A stretch of DNA of 64,000 nt from an uncultured Cytophagaceae bacterium (GTDB taxonomy: Bacteria; Bacteroidota; Bacteroidia; Cytophagales; Microscillaceae): NCBI GenBank assembly GCA_964551015.1, contig CAZKBP010000003.1, positions 85,327 through 149,326 of the forward strand. The letters are read 5' to 3'. Under the pieces are notes generated by a model. It saw only the letters and a list, made by a program, of their open reading frames with translations, was not told where the DNA came from and ran no database searches. This document shows, piece by piece, positions 50,217-61,084 of this stretch. The first letter of the stretch is position 1; each line of letters opens with the position of its first letter. The position numbers and the translations under genes were made by a program.

Positions 50217-53200
50217 TTACGGTAAAAGAATAATTTTTTTGAAAATTTTCCCCACGCGTAGAGAGTAAACTCCTGCTTCTAAGCTATTTAAGTCAAGCCT
50301 AAACTTGGCATACCCCTCAGAAATTTGCCCTTTCTTGCTCACCATACCCTGCGCATTGTAGAGTTGCCAAGAGATGGGCTGATTAATTTTTCCAGAAAAG
50401 GCTAAATGGACTACGCGATGACTCGGATTAGGGAACACGAGCAAATCGCTCTCTTCCAGGGCTGCCAAATCCAAATTGCCCTTGGGATGTTGAAAACGAT
50501 TTGAAGAAGACTCAATCGTGAAATTAATCAAAGCAGAATCTGCCTGATAAATTTCCTTACTATCTTCTCCCTGTAAGAAAGCCAAAAGAAAGAAATTTCC
50601 TACCTCCAGCGTGAGATAGGGAGACCAGGCGATAGTGGTGTCCAAAGACAAACTGTCCAAATCTTCTCTGGTGAAGCGAAAGGCACCCGCGGCATTAGGA
50701 ATTAACTTCCGAACCACATTGTTGAAAGTGTCCCTGACCTGCACTTGTACCACTGCTAGCTGTAAGACCAGAGGCTCCGCGATTGAGGCTGTATCTCTAC
50801 GTAAGATCTTCAAATGGGCAGCTAATTCGCTATTACTCTCCCCTAATTCAGGGAGCACTTCTACATCAAAAAGGGGACGAGCCAGCGTTCGTTGGTTCTG
50901 AAAAGCAACTCCCCAATCCGCCAACGGGCGAAGGTCAGGATCGCTAAGCCCGTCTATTACGGTACGAGGTAGTTCGGCTACACCGTACTGCAAAGCACGA
51001 GCGCTGACCTCGCCCCGGTTATCTTGGTTAAAAATCAGATCTGTGTCTTCATTTTCAGGAAAATTAACGTGATAGCGAATATCCACCGTATTGGTAGAAG
51101 TACCATCTTGGACAATATTTTCCAGAGCCTGAGTTTCTGCCTGTAAAGCCTCCGAAGAGGCTAAAAAGCGACTATTGGTAAAATGCTCCATCACCACTAA
51201 GCGGTCCCTTTCGGATACCGTGAAATTATCAAAAGCAAAACCATTGGGACTTTCTATCACGTTACCGTCATTGCTACCAAAGGCCATGCGAAATCTAACC
51301 ACTTGGTCGCTCTGTGAAGCTAAATCAGCCACGATTTGATCCAAATCATAGGCCGCCGAGGTACCAGTCGTATCCTGACCTGACCAGCCTACATTAAAGG
51401 TGTTGGCAGAGCCACGGGGAAGGTCTGGATTACCGATAATGCCCTCGGAGTTGTACCAGTTTTTGCCATCGAGCACCCTTCTGGTGGTTCCGTCTACCCG
51501 ACCGAGTACTTTCCATTCACCTGTTTCTGTATTATCGGTGTTATATAAGATCACCACTCCATCTGCACGAGGGTCAGTGTCTACCCAATAGTCCAGAGAA
51601 AGCATGGGGCGACGCAAGCTACCAAAATCATAGCAGGGACTTTCTATATAAGATTGTTCCTGATTGGCGTAGCTGATCTCAGAATTAGCCAAATTCAGAT
51701 CTGTAATCCAGAGGGAATCATTGAGATTCGCCAGACGAGGTGCATTCGGAAATCCGTGTCGCCAACTCACGCTGACGGTATCTCCGGGAAACCATCCGCC
51801 ACTGCTTTGATTAAAATTTTCTGTATTAGGAAAATTACGGATAGTAGGAAATACATTGACCAATTTAGTCACAGTACTATCGCAGTCATCGGTGCGCACC
51901 GTAAGACTTACTCGGTATGCACCAGGTTGGTTATAAATGTGTGGGATCATCTCAGGGCCACTCATATAGCTGGTATCTTGACCGTCTCCAAAATCAATCG
52001 TAGAGGAGGTGATGTTGCCTATATCTACGGTGGAAGAGTCAATAAAAATGACTGGATCATTTACGCATAAATTTTCAAAGGTAAAAATTGGCTCTGGGCG
52101 AGGATTGATGTTAATTTGATCGCTAAATAGAAAGGTGCAACCGTTGTCTAAGTCCCTGACGATTAGGTTAATATCAAAAGCCCCCGAGGCCAGATAACGA
52201 TGTGCCGGATTTTGCTTTTCTGATGCACGACCGTCGCCGAAGTCCCAAATCCATTCCCAATTCGCAGGAGAAGCACCACCCGTGGGAGTAGCGGTAAACT
52301 GGGTAAGATCGCCCAGGCAAGCTTCGGCCACGGTGACATCTACGACCGGAGAAGCTATTACGGTTACATCCAGTTCAGTTTCGCTACAGCACCCGCCTTG
52401 TGTATAAAGATAGCGGATGGTATGATCTCCTAACGAAACCATACCTGGATCAAAAATCTGATCTTCGGTCACAAGTGTATCGTCTATATAAAATTCACCC
52501 CCGAAAGGAAGGCCGAGCAGAGCGGCAGGCGTATCATCACTGCAAAATTCCTGGCCATTGCTAAGGCTGAAAATAAATGGGGAGATAGACCCTCTCAGGA
52601 AAAAATCTTGATTTGCCACCAAGATCCCGTTTTCCCTTACCTCCAAATTATAAACTTGGTTGGGCGCAAGGTCAAGTTCACTCGGGTCTAAAAGAAACTC
52701 ATTCTCATTTCTGGGGAGGGCTGAGCCATTCAGTAAAACACTGGCATTATCTACATCAGAGACTACACCTGCTACAATGGTAATGTCGTAAGTCTCATTG
52801 GCACAGGTATTGCCACTCTCACTCTGTCTCTGTGTAATCTGACAAATTTCGTCGGGGAGATTAAGTACTCGATCCGAACGCACGATCGTAATAGTACCCG
52901 TGATAGTAGTTTTGCCATCCGAAAAATTGACTGTTACCCGAATTTGATCTCCTTCAAAAGGACGATACTTGAAGACATTGGTCCTTGTATCCGTGTCACT
53001 TTCATCACTGCCTTCTCCCATTACTGAAAAGTCGTAACTGCTTTGGCCGGGAGGCAAGGCCACAAAAGCTACCTCTTCACTAGCTTGATCCGCACCATCT
53101 GGGAAATTTACCAACAAATTGGCATTGTTGCCTTCCACAAAAACATCCCCCGCAACCAAGAAAGCGGGCGGGGAGTCATCATCTAGGATGGTATAGGTAA

Positions 53201-53969
53201 ATTGCGAAGTAGTCCCTACCTGATAATTTGTTCCAGATTCAATAGTTAAAACTACGGTTCGGTTATTTTCAGGATCATTGTTGCCGTTAATTCTTAGGGT
53301 GAAGGTTTTGGATAAGCCATCAGAACTATTGAATTCAAGTGTATTGCCTACATCTAAACCATTAAGAGCAAAATCAGCACCACCCGCTGTCCCACCTGTG
53401 CCGATATTTACTTGGAAAGTCCTAGCCGAGTTTAAATTTCTTGTCAAAGTGATTGTAATGTCTGTAGATCCATTGTCCCCTTCATTTCCAGAAGTCGTAC
53501 TGCCAGAAATGGTAATAATGGGAGGGGGGTCATCATCTTCCACAGTGAGGGTATGTTCGTCTCTGTTATTGGTAGTATTGACATTTGAGCCAGTGAGTGT
53601 GATGACCAAATCCTCGTCTGGTTCGTCTACGGGATCATCTATGATAGTTACAGTGAAACTTCCTCCATTTGCGCCCTCAGGAAGTGTAAGGGTATAATCA
53701 TTGGAGTTAGCGGGCACATTGGTGGCACCGGTGATTGTATATTCGTTACTATTCAAAGTACCTGAGACCTCGAAGGTGACCACAAAGCCCCCGGCAGGTG
53801 CTAGCCCATTAATTAGGTCAAGTTCGTAAGTAATGGTTTCAGCCGCTCCCTCATTGGTAGATGAGGGAATAGCAGGAGTGGTTTCAAAACGGACTTGTTG
53901 GCCTACTACCTCTAAGGTCGGGAGACAAAGGTTAGTGCTAAGTAATAAGACCCAAACAATATTTTTCAT
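50217..53969 (-). CDS. T9SS (Por) C-terminal-sorting-domain cargo protein with Calx-beta-like and PKD domains (1250 aa)
   Basis: C-terminus LVFPNPSHRVVHLAFSGK...WQLYNAQGMVSKKGQ...LEAGVYSLRVGKIFKKIILLP matches Por_Secre_tail. A PKD segment is NWEWIWDFGDGRASEKQNPAHRY. A Calx-beta-like segment is SFTVTIIDDPVDEPDEDLVITLTG. The signal peptide is MKNIVWVLLLSTNLCLPT. The track has a 20-aa upstream extension, which is not used. Confidence 0.8.
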   Translation of the reverse strand: MKNIVWVLLLSTNLCLPTLEVVGQQVRFETTPAIPSSTNEGAAETITYELDLINGLAPAGGFVVTFEVSGTLNSNEYTITGATNVPANSNDYTLTLPEGANGGSFTVTIIDDPVDEPDEDLVITLTGSNVNTTNNRDEHTLTVEDDDPPPIITISGSTTSGNEGDNGSTDITITLTRNLNSARTFQVNIGTGGTAGGADFALNGLDVGNTLEFNSSDGLSKTFTLRINGNNDPENNRTVVLTIESGTNYQVGTTSQFTYTILDDDSPPAFLVAGDVFVEGNNANLLVNFPDGADQASEEVAFVALPPGQSSYDFSVMGEGSDESDTDTRTNVFKYRPFEGDQIRVTVNFSDGKTTITGTITIVRSDRVLNLPDEICQITQRQSESGNTCANETYDITIVAGVVSDVDNASVLLNGSALPRNENEFLLDPSELDLAPNQVYNLEVRENGILVANQDFFLRGSISPFIFSLSNGQEFCSDDTPAALLGLPFGGEFYIDDTLVTEDQIFDPGMVSLGDHTIRYLYTQGGCCSETELDVTVIASPVVDVTVAEACLGDLTQFTATPTGGASPANWEWIWDFGDGRASEKQNPAHRYLASGAFDINLIVRDLDNGCTFLFSDQININPRPEPIFTFENLCVNDPVIFIDSSTVDIGNITSSTIDFGDGQDTSYMSGPEMIPHIYNQPGAYRVSLTVRTDDCDSTVTKLVNVFPTIRNFPNTENFNQSSGGWFPGDTVSVSWRHGFPNAPRLANLNDSLWITDLNLANSEISYANQEQSYIESPCYDFGSLRRPMLSLDYWVDTDPRADGVVILYNTDNTETGEWKVLGRVDGTTRRVLDGKNWYNSEGIIGNPDLPRGSANTFNVGWSGQDTTGTSAAYDLDQIVADLASQSDQVVRFRMAFGSNDGNVIESPNGFAFDNFTVSERDRLVVMEHFTNSRFLASSEALQAETQALENIVQDGTSTNTVDIRYHVNFPENEDTDLIFNQDNRGEVSARALQYGVAELPRTVIDGLSDPDLRPLADWGVAFQNQRTLARPLFDVEVLPELGESNSELAAHLKILRRDTASIAEPLVLQLAVVQVQVRDTFNNVVRKLIPNAAGAFRFTREDLDSLSLDTTIAWSPYLTLEVGNFFLLAFLQGEDSKEIYQADSALINFTIESSSNRFQHPKGNLDLAALEESDLLVFPNPSHRVVHLAFSGKINQPISWQLYNAQGMVSKKGQISEGYAKFRLDLNSLEAGVYSLRVGKIFKKIILLP

Positions 53970-54219
53970 GGTAGTAGAAGTAGATAATATTCTGGAAAAG
54001 TGTGGTAGATTATGCTTCTCAAAAAACAAGCTATTTCCTAAAGATTTCGTGTTTTTAATCCGAAGATTTTCTCTGCCAGGTCTGGCTGTTGTGTATGATA
54101 CAAACTTGGAGAGTTTTGCAAAGAAAAATTTGACAATTTCCTTTTTTGATGCGAATATGCATACGAAAGTAAAAAAAAAATCTCAAAACATAGGAGTTTT
54201 CCCTCAAAATTCTAGATAA

Positions 54220-55011
54220 ATGATTCGTCATACCATTATCTTTTTCTCTCTCTGGTTTTTATGTTTGGCCTGTGGTACAAATGAAGCTACTCGGGAGCCT
54301 GATAATGAGGTTGATAGCACCCGAGAAAAAAATCTAGTAAAAGCCGAAGCTCCTGACGCACAAGATGAGGTGCAACTGGGCTATACCTTACCCGGCCTAG
54401 ACCACGGGCTTTTACAATCTCCCATCAATATTGTCTCCAAGGCAGCCGAAGGGGGGATGCACGAGGTAGCGCTCCATTATCAATCATCCAAGGAAAAGGT
54501 AGCCAATTTGGGGCACACCGTAGAAGTGGATTATGATCCAGGGAGTACCGTCACTTTTGATGGAGCGACCTTTGATTTCAAGCAATTTCATTTTCATACG
54601 CCAGCCGAGCACCTAATTGATGGCATTACTTACCCCTTGGAGATGCACATGGTACATATCATGGAAAAAGACAGCATCACGTGGTATTTAGTGATTGGAA
54701 TTCACTTCAAAGAAGGAGATGAAAATGCTTTCTTATCAGAATTTTTAGATGCTATCCCCACCCAAGCCGGGCAAACCAATGAACTTCCCGAAAAGGAACT
54801 CAATGTGGAAGAACTGCTCATGCAGGATTATGATGATTATTATCATTATCGGGGCTCATTAACCACGCCTCCCTTCTCAGAAACCGTAGAATGGGTCATT
54901 CTCAAAAATATCTTCGAGGCTTCTCCCGAGCAAATCCAACGGATTAATAGCTTTGAAGGCAACAACGCCCGACATATTCAGGCACGCTACGGGAGAAAAA
55001 TAGAGGGTTGA
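54220..55011 (+). CDS. Alpha-class carbonic anhydrase (secreted/lipoprotein)
   Basis: SPINIV, then QFHFHTPAEHLIDGITYPLEMHMVH, the alpha-CA zinc-ligand His triad context. N-terminal signal with LACG. Confidence 0.9.
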   Translation: MIRHTIIFFSLWFLCLACGTNEATREPDNEVDSTREKNLVKAEAPDAQDEVQLGYTLPGLDHGLLQSPINIVSKAAEGGMHEVALHYQSSKEKVANLGHTVEVDYDPGSTVTFDGATFDFKQFHFHTPAEHLIDGITYPLEMHMVHIMEKDSITWYLVIGIHFKEGDENAFLSEFLDAIPTQAGQTNELPEKELNVEELLMQDYDDYYHYRGSLTTPPFSETVEWVILKNIFEASPEQIQRINSFEGNNARHIQARYGRKIEG

Positions 55012-55092
55012 TACCCGTTGAATCAATCAACAGGTAGCAGGCCAATCCCAATGGGTGTTTGTTTCATATAAAAACAACCTAATCCGAAAAAA

Positions 55093-55809
55093 ATGGACTT
55101 AAAAGCACAAAAAGTACTGATCGTAGGTGGAAGCACCGGAATGGGATTGGCTACGGCCAAAATGGCCGAAAAAGCCGGAGCTAAAGTTATCATTGCAGGC
55201 CATAACGAAGAAAAATCACAAAAAGCTTTGACCGAACTTTCTGATCAGGCACGGGCGGTGTATGTAGATGTAGTTCAGGAGGGTTCCATCCGAGAGATGC
55301 TAACAAAAACAGGCAAACTAGATCATATCTTCGTAACGGCCGCTCCCGGAGGTACTGGAGATTTTAAAGAGGCTCCCTTGGATATTCAGGAAACTTATAT
55401 CTACGGGAAGTTCTGGAGCCTCTATCTGCTCACCAAATTAGCCCTGCCGCAAATGCGTGAGGACGGATCGATTACCTTCATCACTGGGGGCTTTGCCCAA
55501 AGACCTGAGAAAGGAACGGTGCTCGTAACGGCCGCTTTCCAAGCCGTAGAAGGGTTTGCAAGAGCCTTGGCCGTGGAGTTGGCTCCCCTGCGCTTCAATG
55601 TGATCCGCCCCGGCCTGATTGATTCGGGTTTCTGGGATTTTTTAGAGGAAGAAGAAAGACAGCAATTTTTTGAGAAGACCATCAAAGGCATCCCCTCTGG
55701 CCGCAAGGGAGAATCTGAAGACATTGCACACGCTGCTCTTTTCTTGATGAGCAATTCTTACGTAAATGGACAGATCATAGAAGTGAACGGAGGGCAATAC
55801 CTCAGCTAA
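55093..55809 (+). CDS. SDR family oxidoreductase
   Basis: VLIVGGSTGMGLA glycine-rich motif. Length is 238 aa. Confidence 0.8.
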   Translation: MDLKAQKVLIVGGSTGMGLATAKMAEKAGAKVIIAGHNEEKSQKALTELSDQARAVYVDVVQEGSIREMLTKTGKLDHIFVTAAPGGTGDFKEAPLDIQETYIYGKFWSLYLLTKLALPQMREDGSITFITGGFAQRPEKGTVLVTAAFQAVEGFARALAVELAPLRFNVIRPGLIDSGFWDFLEEEERQQFFEKTIKGIPSGRKGESEDIAHAALFLMSNSYVNGQIIEVNGGQYLS

Positions 55810-55895
55810 GATCACAACAATTTGTTCATACTCCGTGCACAACTGCCTTAGACGCGGGTACGTTCTTTAGAAGATACTTAACCAAATGTTTTATC

Positions 55896-56768
55896 ATGAA
55901 AAAATATACACTTCTCTTTGGATTCTTGCTGAGTGTATGGAGTTGCCAGACCTCTCAGGAAATTGAACCCAACGCTCCTGTACCTGCCGAAACCATCTCA
56001 GCCGAATCACAATGGCAAACTTATCAAAGCCTAGAACAGGCGCTCGGGGTTGTCAACCAATCTTTATCCTCTCTCTACCAAGAAATTCGGAAAGGTAGCG
56101 GAGAAAAAAGCCTAGGAGCAGAATTTCCCTGTGGTTCCTTTTTCTTTTTTGTTAACTCGCAGGAAAACCCCGTTCCAGGCTTTGGGAGCTACGATTTTTA
56201 TAATTCGCTTACCTTACAGTTTGGCGAGCCTGACTGTCCGAACGATTTCCTCAAAAATGGTTCTATAGAACTGTATTTTGGAGGGCTTTTAGAAAATCGT
56301 TGGAAAGACTCACTGGTGCTCAATCAAATCCAACTGGCCGACCAAACCACCCTCAGTGCCTACCGGAGCAGTACCGTTTTGCCAGAACTGAGTGAGTCGG
56401 GTAGTGAGGTTTTTCAAGTTCTGACCGGAGCCGACATTACTCTATCTGGAGGAGAACGTTATGCTCTTACCTTGAAAGAGCAGATCACCTATCAGCATCG
56501 TTTTACGGCAGAAGAAATACAAACACGTGTTGTAGAAGCCGAAATCCAAGATTTTAATGCTAATCTGAGTTTTACGGTCAAAACTGCACAGCCACTACTG
56601 AGCCTAGCCCGTTGTAATCCGCCTCTGGCGTACCCAGTATCGGGTCGGCTGGATTTTGAGAATGATCTATTCTTCTTAAACTTCAGCATTGATTACGGAG
56701 ACGGCACTTGCGACAACCAGGCACTTTTGATTCCCTTCATAGGTAATCCGGTTGAGATTGATTTGTAG
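55896..56768 (+). CDS. Hypothetical lipoprotein
   Basis: Signal/lipobox MKKYTLLFGFLLSVWSC. No family recognised. Confidence 0.4.
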   Translation: MKKYTLLFGFLLSVWSCQTSQEIEPNAPVPAETISAESQWQTYQSLEQALGVVNQSLSSLYQEIRKGSGEKSLGAEFPCGSFFFFVNSQENPVPGFGSYDFYNSLTLQFGEPDCPNDFLKNGSIELYFGGLLENRWKDSLVLNQIQLADQTTLSAYRSSTVLPELSESGSEVFQVLTGADITLSGGERYALTLKEQITYQHRFTAEEIQTRVVEAEIQDFNANLSFTVKTAQPLLSLARCNPPLAYPVSGRLDFENDLFFLNFSIDYGDGTCDNQALLIPFIGNPVEIDL

Positions 56769-56936
56769 AACAGCAAGATGGGAATCTTGCCAACTTCAAA
56801 TGCGAAGTTTCCAAACTTCGCATAGCCTAGTTTATGGCTCTGCTAAGATTCCGATCTTGCCTCCCTTTGCGCCCCTTCCCAAAAAAATCCCTATCTTTGT
56901 ACTCGTCAAAAACCCTATAAATACAGGAGTATACAA

Positions 56937-59900
56937 GTGAAGCAATATAAAGAATATAAGGACTTTAGCTTTCCCGAATTAGAGCGTGAAACTCTGCGCT
57001 TTTGGGATGAACACCGCATCTTCGAGAAATCCATCAGCACCCGCGAAGGCAAACCCCGCTTTACCTTCTACGAGGGGCCACCCTCGGCCAACGGAATGCC
57101 CGGTATCCACCACGTCATGGCGCGTACCATCAAAGATATTTTCTGCCGCTTCAAGACTTTACAAGGCTTTCAGGTAAAACGCAAGGCAGGCTGGGACACC
57201 CACGGCTTGCCCATCGAGCTAAGCGTAGAAAAAGAACTCGGTATTACCAAAGACGACATTGGCAAGAAAATCTCCATCGAAGAGTATAACCAAAAATGTC
57301 GCGAAACGGTGATGAAATACACCGACGCCTGGAGCCAACTGACCAACCAAATGGGCTACTGGGTGGATATGAAAAATCCTTATATCACCTACCATAATGA
57401 CTACATTGAGACGGTTTGGCATCTATTAAAAGAACTTCACAACAAAGGACTTCTATACAAGGGCTACACCGTGCAGCCCTATTCGCCCAAGGCGGGTTCA
57501 GGCCTGAGTTCGCACGAACTCAATCAGCCGGGAACTTACCGAGATGTATCCGATACTTCCATCGTGGCGCAATTCAAGGTGAAGCGAAACGAACAATCTG
57601 AGTTTCTATTTGAAGATAAAGATGAAGACGTACGCATCTTGGCTTGGACTACCACGCCGTGGACTTTGCCCTCCAACTGTGCCCTGGCGATTGGAGAGAA
57701 CATCACTTACGTGAAAGTCAAAACTTTCAACCCTTATACTTTTGATCCGGTTTCGGTCGTGTTAGCCAAGGAACTGGTTGGTCGTTATTTCTCTCCCAAA
57801 AACAAGGATTTACCCCTTGAAGATTATAAGCAAGGCAACAAAAAAATCCCTTACCAAGTAGCTCAGGAATTCCCTGGCTCTGAATTGGTAGAGATTCGCT
57901 ATGAGCAGTTGATGCCTTTTGTAACTAATGAGGAATTAGAAAAAAATGCCTTCCGCGTGATTCCGGGCGATTTTGTCAGCACCGAAGACGGAACAGGCGT
58001 CGTACATACAGCTTCCCTCTTTGGGGCGGATGACTTTCGCGTAACCCAACAAAACAACGTGCCCGCCGTAACCGTCAAAGATGAAAATGGCAACGACGTG
58101 CCTCTCGTGGATAAGCAAGGTCGCTTCGTGAAGGAAGTAGGGGAATTTGGCGGCAAATACGTGAAAGCCGAGTACGAAGACGAGGAAACCCTGGCCGATC
58201 CAAACTACAAATCCACGGATGTACTGATTGCCATCAAGCTCAAGGGTGAAAACAAAGCCTTTAAAGTAGAAAAATATCTCCACTCTTACCCGCACTGCTG
58301 GCGTACAGATAAGCCCGTCTTGTATTACCCACTGGATTCTTGGTTTATCAAAACCACGGCCATGAAAGAAAGGCTCGTGGAACTCAACAGAACCATCAAC
58401 TGGAAGCCTGCCGCCACGGGAGAAGGCCGCTTTGGCAACTGGCTGGAAAATCTAGTGGATTGGAATCTCTCTCGCCAACGTTACTGGGGAATCCCTCTAC
58501 CCATCTGGCGTACCGAAGACGGACAGGAAGAAAAATGCATCGGTTCTATCACTGAACTCTACGAAGAGATCGAGGCCGCCAAGGAAGCCGGACTGATGCA
58601 AGAAAATCCAATTGGCTCCTACGAGTATATCAGCGAAGTCAAGAAAGATGAAGAAGGCAATGTAACGGATTCCAAAATCATTGATGCCTTTTTTAATCCC
58701 GATCGCTTTGACTTACACCGTCCTTATGTGGATGAAATCGTGCTCGTTTCCTCCCAAGGAGAAGCCATGTACCGCGAGACAGATTTGATCGATGTCTGGT
58801 TTGACTCGGGTTCTATGCCTTACGCCCAGTTCCATTATCCCTTTGAAAATCAGGAAGAATTCGAGCAAGCTTATCCGGCTGATTTTATTTCCGAAGGGGT
58901 GGACCAGACTCGGGGTTGGTTTTTTACCTTACACGCCATCGCGGGAATGCTCTTTGACTCGGTAGCCTTTAAAAATGTGGTTTCCACGGGATTAGTACTG
59001 GATAAAGACGGTCGTAAAATGTCCAAGCGACTGGGCAATGCCGTGAATCCTTTTGATACGCTAAACCAGTACGGGGCGGATGCCACGCGCTGGTACATGA
59101 TCTCGAATGCCAATCCTTGGGATAATTTGAAGTTTGATCTGGCAGGCATTGAAGAGGTGCTGCGCCGCTTCTTTGGCACGCTTAAAAATACCTATTCATT
59201 CTTCTCGCTTTATGCGAACTTGGATAATTTTTGCTACGAGCAAGAGGATATTCCCTTGGAAAAACGTACCGAAAGCGACCGCTGGATTATCTCCAAACTC
59301 AATAGCCTCATCAAGGCCGTGGAAGCGGCCTACGAGGACTACGAGCCGACCAAAGTCGCCCGCCTGATCCAAGATTTTACCATTGATGATCTCAGCAACT
59401 GGTACGTGCGCTTGAACCGCAAACGTTTCTGGAAAGCTGCTTATAATGAAGACAAGGCCGCTGCCTACCAGACGCTTTATGTCTGTCTAGAAACCATCGC
59501 TAAACTGGCTTCTCCCATTATGCCTTTTTATAGCGAACGCTTGTTCAAAGATCTAAATGAAATCAGCCAACGAGACGAGAGTGAATCTGTACACTTGAGC
59601 GTATTTCCCAAGGCAGACGAGGCCGCGATTGACTTAGAACTGGAAGCCAAAATGGGAGCCGCCCAGCGCATCTCTTCCCTCACGCACTCCTTGCGCAAGG
59701 GAGCCAATATCCGTGTGCGTCAGCCCTTGAAGCGTATCTTGGTGCCCGTTTTGGATGATAAATCTCAGGAGCAAATCTCCGCCGTGAAGGATTTGATTCT
59801 CTCCGAGGTCAATGTCAAGGATTTGGAGTTCATCGGGGATGATTCAGGGGTACTGGTCAAGAGCGTGAAGCCCAACTTCAAAGAACTCGGCCAGAAGTAC

Positions 59901-60407
59901 AAGAAAGAAGTCAAAAACGTGGTCAAAGTCATCAACGAACTTTCCAAGGAAGAAGTCAATCAGTTGGAAAAAACGGGAAGCCTCCAAAAAGAGGGTTACG
60001 ATCTAGTACCCGAAGATATTCTCATTACTTCCGAAGAGGTAGAAGGCTTCTCGGTAGCAAACGAGCAAGGCATGACTGTGGCCTTAGATATGGAAATTGA
60101 TGAAAACTTGCGTAAAGAAGGCTTGGCCCGTGACTTCGTGAATCGTGTCCAAAATCTCCGCAAGGACACGGGATTAGAAGTACAGGATAAAATCAAAATC
60201 TCAGTCCACACCAAAGACGATTTCGTGCAAGATGCCCTCCAGCAACACGAGGAGTACATCAATACCGAAACCCAAGCTCTAGCCTTAGAATTTACCCAAA
60301 ACCTCAAAGATGCTCAGAACTTTGAGATCGAGGAGTTTAACCTCGAGGTCAGCATCCAGCAAACCGAGGAAGAAGGTTCTAAGGGGATTTTGGGAGCGAT
60401 TAGTTAG
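56937..60407 (+). CDS. ileS: Isoleucine--tRNA ligase (type 2, long form)
   Basis: PPSANGMPGIHHV (HIGH-class motif), RKMSKRLGN (KMSKS), WCWRTD-like editing region HCWRTDKPV, and length 1156 aa. A GTG start is seen at 56937. Confidence 0.95.
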   Translation: MKQYKEYKDFSFPELERETLRFWDEHRIFEKSISTREGKPRFTFYEGPPSANGMPGIHHVMARTIKDIFCRFKTLQGFQVKRKAGWDTHGLPIELSVEKELGITKDDIGKKISIEEYNQKCRETVMKYTDAWSQLTNQMGYWVDMKNPYITYHNDYIETVWHLLKELHNKGLLYKGYTVQPYSPKAGSGLSSHELNQPGTYRDVSDTSIVAQFKVKRNEQSEFLFEDKDEDVRILAWTTTPWTLPSNCALAIGENITYVKVKTFNPYTFDPVSVVLAKELVGRYFSPKNKDLPLEDYKQGNKKIPYQVAQEFPGSELVEIRYEQLMPFVTNEELEKNAFRVIPGDFVSTEDGTGVVHTASLFGADDFRVTQQNNVPAVTVKDENGNDVPLVDKQGRFVKEVGEFGGKYVKAEYEDEETLADPNYKSTDVLIAIKLKGENKAFKVEKYLHSYPHCWRTDKPVLYYPLDSWFIKTTAMKERLVELNRTINWKPAATGEGRFGNWLENLVDWNLSRQRYWGIPLPIWRTEDGQEEKCIGSITELYEEIEAAKEAGLMQENPIGSYEYISEVKKDEEGNVTDSKIIDAFFNPDRFDLHRPYVDEIVLVSSQGEAMYRETDLIDVWFDSGSMPYAQFHYPFENQEEFEQAYPADFISEGVDQTRGWFFTLHAIAGMLFDSVAFKNVVSTGLVLDKDGRKMSKRLGNAVNPFDTLNQYGADATRWYMISNANPWDNLKFDLAGIEEVLRRFFGTLKNTYSFFSLYANLDNFCYEQEDIPLEKRTESDRWIISKLNSLIKAVEAAYEDYEPTKVARLIQDFTIDDLSNWYVRLNRKRFWKAAYNEDKAAAYQTLYVCLETIAKLASPIMPFYSERLFKDLNEISQRDESESVHLSVFPKADEAAIDLELEAKMGAAQRISSLTHSLRKGANIRVRQPLKRILVPVLDDKSQEQISAVKDLILSEVNVKDLEFIGDDSGVLVKSVKPNFKELGQKYKKEVKNVVKVINELSKEEVNQLEKTGSLQKEGYDLVPEDILITSEEVEGFSVANEQGMTVALDMEIDENLRKEGLARDFVNRVQNLRKDTGLEVQDKIKISVHTKDDFVQDALQQHEEYINTETQALALEFTQNLKDAQNFEIEEFNLEVSIQQTEEEGSKGILGAIS

Positions 60408-60453
60408 TCAGTACTTGAGCGTAATGTGATTGTGAACGAGCCGAAAATATTAT

Positions 60454-60870
60454 ATGGAGATATTATTTTGGTATTTTATCTGGCCTTTCGTCATTATCAT
60501 CTCTTTTACAGTCGGAGTTCTTAGCTTCTTTGAGAAGTTTCGGTTGAAAGCCTATAAGGTCTCAAAGAGTGAAGGTTTAGCTTATTTCATTTTATTTTAC
60601 AGCAGATTATTTATTGTGCTTTCTACTCTAGTATATTTTTCATCCCTTGAAGAATGTTTCCAGAATAAAGAATTGGGTCACTTGAATATTCAGGATTATT
60701 TTCATAATCTCTTTTTAACTGTTGACTATTTTATAGGTTGGGTATTCTTTTATTGGAGTATCCCTATAATCGCTATCAGCTTACTAATGTCTTCTATTGG
60801 GGTGTTAATCAAGCGTACTAACTGGAAAGTCTGCCTGAAACAGAAAGACAAAAATAGAAGCAGCATTTAG
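60454..60870 (+). CDS. Hypothetical small membrane protein (AT-rich ORF)
   Basis: 138 aa with 3-4 hydrophobic helices. Noticeably lower GC than flanks. No family recognised. Confidence 0.3.
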   Translation: MEILFWYFIWPFVIIISFTVGVLSFFEKFRLKAYKVSKSEGLAYFILFYSRLFIVLSTLVYFSSLEECFQNKELGHLNIQDYFHNLFLTVDYFIGWVFFYWSIPIIAISLLMSSIGVLIKRTNWKVCLKQKDKNRSSI

Positions 60871-61084
60871 CCAATATTACGAAGCACGTTTCCAAAAAAT
60901 GGAAGCCAACTTTGCCTCTATCGAGGAAGCGGTAAAACTCTACCAAATCTCCCCAAAAAACAAAACTGAATCAACTTAGAAAGCTTATTTTCCGTGGTAG
61001 TGATTGCTCTACCACGAGAAAAATTCTTCTCTTCCTGAGTACAAGCTATCAGGCAAATGCTTATCTTGGATGCGTTGATCGTTT

